A stretch of DNA of 32,000 bases from Prevotella phage Lak-A1, in sequence record MK250016.1; one strand, given 5' to 3'. A program made the translations under genes and the position numbers. Shown one piece after another: positions 28,076 to 32,000 of this stretch (its first letter is position 1; each line of letters starts with the position of its first letter). The notes under the pieces were generated by a model. It was not told the origin of the DNA. It saw only the letters and a list, made by a program, of their open reading frames with translations, and did no database searches.

Positions 28076-28618
28076 ATGGTAAAACAAAAATATAATTTAT
28101 CAATAGCGGAAGAAATGTCTTATGATGAAGATATTATTTGCTTCTGGAAACCTTATGGTAATGACACAATAGGTCCTCATGTATTTTGTCAGTGGTATAA
28201 ATCAAATTTCATTGATGAAAATAATATAAAGTTTTCATGTACTGAACAATATATGATGTTTAAAAAGGCTATGTTATTTGGTGATAAACAAATTGCATAT
28301 CAGATTTTGTTGGAAACTGATCCATCTAAAATGAAAAAGTATGGAAGACTCATTAAGAATTTTGATGATAAAATTTGGAATGAAAATAAGTTTACTATTG
28401 TTTATAATGGTAATTATTTGAAGTTTACACAGAATGACGAATTAAAGAAATATATTAAATCAACTGGTAATTCTATATTAGTTGAAGCAAGCCCATATGA
28501 TAATATTTGGGGTGTAAAATTATCTGCAGATAATGATGATATTTTATATCCAGAGAAATGGAAAGGCGAAAATCTTTTGGGATTTGCATTGATGCAAGTA
28601 AGAGATGATATAAAATAA
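28076..28618 (+). CDS. YbiA/NADAR-family protein (ADP-ribose-related N-glycosidase fold)
   Basis: 180 aa; F...EQYMMFKKAMLFGDKQIAYQIL...DPSKMKKYGRLIKNFDDKIWNENKFTIVYNGNYLKFTQNDELKKYIKSTGNSILVEASPYDNIWGVKL. Confidence 0.88.
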   Translation: MVKQKYNLSIAEEMSYDEDIICFWKPYGNDTIGPHVFCQWYKSNFIDENNIKFSCTEQYMMFKKAMLFGDKQIAYQILLETDPSKMKKYGRLIKNFDDKIWNENKFTIVYNGNYLKFTQNDELKKYIKSTGNSILVEASPYDNIWGVKLSADNDDILYPEKWKGENLLGFALMQVRDDIK

Positions 28619-28638
28619 TATTTAATTTTTAAATTTTA

Positions 28639-29160
28639 ATGACAATGAATATTAATGAAATTATAGAAGAATTGAAAACTTTTTCTGATGAAGATATAAT
28701 TAAGTTTAATAAAGTATTTTCTGATTTTTATAAGCCATACAAGAAGAAGGAAAATGAGATAAAGAAAAAACTCAAGAAACAGAAAGAGGAATTGCAGAAA
28801 GTGGAAGCAATTAAAGCAGGTGATAAACTTTGTGAAATTTATGGTATTAATGCATATCCTATTTCTATTGTTCATAAAGCATGGGATTGTCCATATAATG
28901 GATGGCTTGATGATTGTATAGGGGATGATGAGAATATCGGTGATTTATTTGATAATCCAACAGAAGGATATACAAATGATGATATTGAAAATATAGAAAA
29001 TACATTTTACGAGTATTTTTATAATTTTATGTTCGATGAAGATAAAGATTCAAGAAATCTTCGTCCGGGTAGATCATTGTATAGAGTTTATGTAAAAAAC
29101 ACTAATGGTGAAATAAAAGATATTGATGAAGATGAAATTAGAACTTTTATGCAAGGTTAA
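28639..29160 (+). CDS. Hypothetical protein
   Basis: 173-aa ORF; Lys/Glu coiled-coil segment, acidic C-terminus. Confidence 0.7.
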   Translation: MTMNINEIIEELKTFSDEDIIKFNKVFSDFYKPYKKKENEIKKKLKKQKEELQKVEAIKAGDKLCEIYGINAYPISIVHKAWDCPYNGWLDDCIGDDENIGDLFDNPTEGYTNDDIENIENTFYEYFYNFMFDEDKDSRNLRPGRSLYRVYVKNTNGEIKDIDEDEIRTFMQG

Positions 29161-29230
29161 AAATTATATAAAATATAAAACACCTTGGCGATACGTTACT
29201 TATAATAGAAGACTATATAAAGGAGATAAC

Positions 29231-29422
29231 ATGTATATTGATTTTAGTTGGAGGCGAGAACGACATTGCTCTTTAGGATTCTATTATGACGGTAATCTTC
29301 ATACAGATGTATTTACAAATAATGAAGAATGGTTTGTAAATAGACTTTATATAAATTTTATATTCGCAACTATAAAGATAACAACGAAAAGAAAATTGTA
29401 TTGTATACGAAATTATGATTGA
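29231..29422 (+). CDS. Small hypothetical protein
   Basis: Start trimmed from the track's 29123 to MYIDFSWRRERHCSLGFYYDGNLHTDVFTNNEEWFVNRLY... after AGGAGA; avoids overlap with the 28639 gene. Confidence 0.6.
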   Translation: MYIDFSWRRERHCSLGFYYDGNLHTDVFTNNEEWFVNRLYINFIFATIKITTKRKLYCIRNYD

Positions 29423-29780
29423 TAACTCAAAGGAATATATTGTATGTGCTGCATATCTTCAGACAAAGAATACAGCAAATAGACAATATATGATAGATAC
29501 AATGAATAAAGATCCTAAAAGTATATATCATAAACCGCATGATGAAGTTTTTGATATGAGATTGGGATTTAGACATCCTGATATTATATATCAATTTAAA
29601 GATGAAATTAATTCATTTGAATCTGATGGTGGTTTTATGACTTCTAAAGGTAGATATGTTGATAGAATAGAAGCGATGAAAATAGCATATGAATGTGGTC
29701 AGGTAACTAAAGAAAGAGCGTTAAGAAACGATGATAGTAATATAAAATATTGGCCATTATATTCAGAAGATATTTATTGA
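29415..29780 (+). CDS. Conserved phage protein of unknown function
   Basis: 121 aa; IVCAAYLQTK...LGFRHPDII...GGFMTSKGRYVDRIEAMKIAYECGQVTKE...LYSEDIY, a pattern that recurs in phage hypotheticals. Confidence 0.75.
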   Translation: MIDNSKEYIVCAAYLQTKNTANRQYMIDTMNKDPKSIYHKPHDEVFDMRLGFRHPDIIYQFKDEINSFESDGGFMTSKGRYVDRIEAMKIAYECGQVTKERALRNDDSNIKYWPLYSEDIY

Positions 29781-29804
29781 AAAAATATTTACATTATTTT
29801 AAAA

Positions 29805-30095
29805 ATGATGACATTAAAAGAAGCAATAGAACATGCAACAGAAATTTCAGAAACATGTGATAATAAAGAATGCGGTTTAGATCATAAACAATTAGCAAAT
29901 TGGCTTACTGAACTTGAAGAATTGAGGGAAGAACATAAGCAGAATGTGATGAATATGCTAGCAACAGACTATGCAGAAAATCATACATCTAATGTTGAAT
30001 ACCGTTATACAAATTGTACTGTTAGAGATTTTTATAATGCAAATAAAGCAGCATACATTGCTGGATTTAAAGAAGGATTAAAATATAAAGAATGA
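29805..30095 (+). CDS. Hypothetical protein
   Basis: 96-aa ORF. Confidence 0.65.
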   Translation: MMTLKEAIEHATEISETCDNKECGLDHKQLANWLTELEELREEHKQNVMNMLATDYAENHTSNVEYRYTNCTVRDFYNANKAAYIAGFKEGLKYKE

Positions 30096-30322
30096 GAGAT
30101 ATAAAGAAAGGTGAGCATATGCATTCATATGCAGTAGGGCCATGCCATGATGAAATAAGATGGATATTTCCAAAAGATTTTGACGGTCTTGATGATGAAG
30201 CATATTATGAAATAGAATATGACTATCATTATGCATCAGATCCATTTGATTTTTCTTGCACATATAATGTAACATATATTAAGAAAGTTGATGCTTCTCT
30301 ATATCATATATTTAATTTTTAA
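30092..30322 (+). CDS. Hypothetical protein
   Basis: 76-aa ORF overlapping the previous stop. Confidence 0.6.
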   Translation: MRDIKKGEHMHSYAVGPCHDEIRWIFPKDFDGLDDEAYYEIEYDYHYASDPFDFSCTYNVTYIKKVDASLYHIFNF

Positions 30323-30397
30323 ATCATTATAATGATACACAAGCACATCAGATTCATTTATGGAATGGTTTAATAAACATTATACATTAAATTGTAA

Positions 30398-30736
30398 ATG
30401 AAATTAGATAATTATGAATTGGTAATATCTTTTGCTATGCCTTGTTATTTATATATTGAAGGTGAGTCAAAAGAAAAATTTTATGTAGATGAACAAACAT
30501 GTGATTATTATCTATTTAAAGACATTGATAATGTTCCAAAATATTGGAAACTTATGTTATATAAACCTGATAATATAGAGCATGTGAATAAAGGTAATAT
30601 TCATTTATGTAAATGGTTAGTTAATGAAAGTTATCATGATTTTGTATCAAATGATGATAATGATGACAGTAATGATGATACAGATTATGAATATTATGAA
30701 TGGGATTTTAAAAATCATTGTATAAAAAAAGATTAA
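30398..30736 (+). CDS. Hypothetical protein
   Basis: 112-aa ORF with acidic C-terminus. Confidence 0.6.
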   Translation: MKLDNYELVISFAMPCYLYIEGESKEKFYVDEQTCDYYLFKDIDNVPKYWKLMLYKPDNIEHVNKGNIHLCKWLVNESYHDFVSNDDNDDSNDDTDYEYYEWDFKNHCIKKD

Positions 30737-30737
30737 T

Positions 30738-30968
30738 ATGAAATACCGAATATTAAAAGAAGAGAAAGGATTCCGTGCACAAGTTCAACTTGAAAGTAAA
30801 CGGTTCGGAAAGTATTTTGAATATATTGAAGAAGACGGAAATCTTAATTCATGCCCAATAACTCATTATTATGAAACTGAACAAGAAGCTATTGAAGCAT
30901 GTAAGAAACATCATGTAAAAATGGGTTATGATAAACTTCCAAAAGTTGTTGACGAATTTGAATTGTAA
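30738..30968 (+). CDS. Hypothetical protein
   Basis: 76-aa ORF. Confidence 0.6.
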   Translation: MKYRILKEEKGFRAQVQLESKRFGKYFEYIEEDGNLNSCPITHYYETEQEAIEACKKHHVKMGYDKLPKVVDEFEL

Positions 30969-30973
30969 TTATT

Positions 30974-31375
30974 ATGTGGTTAGCAAGAAATCAAGGACAT
31001 GATACATTATCTGGTAAATACATACCAGGTGATTTATATCTTTATATGAAAAAACCTAAACGTGCAAATTCATTTAAAGGAACATTATTAGAAAATATAC
31101 ATACAGAAAATGATATATGGACTGCAAGATGTCCAAAAATGAAATATGATAAAGAAGCATTTTCTGATTTGAAATATGAAGATGAACCTATTGAGGTTGA
31201 TTTAGATATTAAATATAATAGATGGCATTTAGATATTTACAAATATCTATTGAGAATTAAAGAAATTACAGATACTTATAAAAATCCGTTAATAAATGAT
31301 TCTGGAGGTGCATCTATTTGTAATGACATTGATAAAAAAGTAGATGAACTAATTAAAATGGTTTTATTTAAATAA
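30974..31375 (+). CDS. Hypothetical protein
   Basis: 133-aa ORF. Confidence 0.6.
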   Translation: MWLARNQGHDTLSGKYIPGDLYLYMKKPKRANSFKGTLLENIHTENDIWTARCPKMKYDKEAFSDLKYEDEPIEVDLDIKYNRWHLDIYKYLLRIKEITDTYKNPLINDSGGASICNDIDKKVDELIKMVLFK

Positions 31376-31379
31376 TTAC

Positions 31380-31410
31380 TTTTTAATTCCAAATAAAATA
31401 TGTATCTTTG
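31380..31410 (+). promoter_or_regulatory. Putative Bacteroidota-type promoter
   Basis: TTTTTAATTC-N11-TGTATCTTTG, 29 nt upstream of the ATG at 31440. Confidence 0.65.
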
Positions 31411-31439
31411 CATATATAAAATAATTAAAATTATATATT

Positions 31440-31901
31440 ATGAATAAAGTAGAGATACAACAATATTTAAATAAAGTTAATTCTTATATTGATTATAAAG
31501 TTGGTGATTGGGTAGAAACATGTAATATGTTACCTGGTATTGTTCAAGAAATTAATAATTATTATGATAGTAGAAAATTAATGCAATGTTTTGTCGATGA
31601 TGTTGTAATTTTCTATCCTCATGAAACTATTAATAATGACAATTATCACGGAGGTACATGTTGTTCAATACAGAATTGCGGTGTTCATAAAATTTCTCAA
31701 GAATATGCAAAAATTTTATTTGCAATTGGAAGAGAAACATTAGTAAAATTGTGGAGTACTACTTATTTAAAAAGTGATAATACAAAGCAATGGTCTGATA
31801 TTGTTATTGAACATTATAACAATAATATTGAAAAATATAAAAATAACGGAGTTGAATTATTTAATATAGGTGAAGAATATTCACGTAAAATTAAAAAATA
31901 A
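31440..31901 (+). CDS. Hypothetical protein
   Basis: 153-aa ORF. Confidence 0.65.
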   Translation: MNKVEIQQYLNKVNSYIDYKVGDWVETCNMLPGIVQEINNYYDSRKLMQCFVDDVVIFYPHETINNDNYHGGTCCSIQNCGVHKISQEYAKILFAIGRETLVKLWSTTYLKSDNTKQWSDIVIEHYNNNIEKYKNNGVELFNIGEEYSRKIKK

Positions 31902-31904
31902 ATT

Positions 31905-32000
31905 ATGGATATTAAATCAAATAAAGCAGGATTATATTTTGAAAATGCATATGGTATATGTGAAACAAGAACATCTTATCCAGAGAATTATGATCCAGAA
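31905..32000 (+). CDS. Hypothetical protein (partial, runs off the window)
   Basis: MDIKSNKAGLYFENAYGICETRTSYPENYDPE..., open to the window edge. Confidence 0.5.
   Translation, partial: MDIKSNKAGLYFENAYGICETRTSYPENYDPE

Noticed and set aside
1-32000. tRNA genes, including a CUA-anticodon suppressor tRNA expected for code 15
   Set aside because: No T-loop/acceptor patterns were found by eye in the intergenic gaps. The suppressor tRNA is probably elsewhere in the genome; tRNAscan-SE on the full contig is needed.
1-32000. CRISPR array, insertion sequence, integrase or retroelement/DGR
   Set aside because: No regularly spaced repeats, transposase/integrase motifs, or reverse transcriptase motifs were seen. 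The short repeats at 2595..2966 are not spaced like CRISPR repeats.

Overview
AT-rich, gene-dense phage window, probably from a large gut myovirus infecting Bacteroidota. It uses a reassigned amber codon (TAG read as Gln, genetic code 15). The Gln assignment is supported by a T4 gp4-like head-completion nuclease (3926..4480), where TAG falls at apparently conserved Gln positions (NP-Q-KW, TN-Q-AKW). TAG is not evenly used. It is dense in late/structural or surface-type genes (3020..4480, 16442..19834, 22203..24102, and the 5' end of the glycosyltransferase at 609..2504) and almost absent elsewhere. The supplied standard-code ORF track therefore fragments several real genes, which are re-drawn here. 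The most promising possible new system is a minus-strand operon (11040..14388): a radical SAM enzyme followed by five tandem genes that share only a near-identical N-terminus, MK(V/I)xIRxxVFETNSSSxHxL, and have divergent bodies. Other points of interest: two unrelated ADP-ribose-processing enzymes (a TIGR02452-type PARG/macrodomain protein and a YbiA/NADAR protein), three related glycosyltransferase-like genes (one interrupted by an in-frame TAA), and a recurrent promoter-like element (TTTTTTATTT-N11-TGTATCTTTG) matching the Bacteroidota -7 box TAnnTTTG. Also present are an XPD/DinG-like helicase, a ferredoxin-thioredoxin-reductase-like Cys-rich protein, a HAD hydrolase, a P-loop ATPase, and many clear hairpin terminators. 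No tRNA, rRNA, CRISPR array or transposon was found. Family assignments come from recalled motifs, not from searches.
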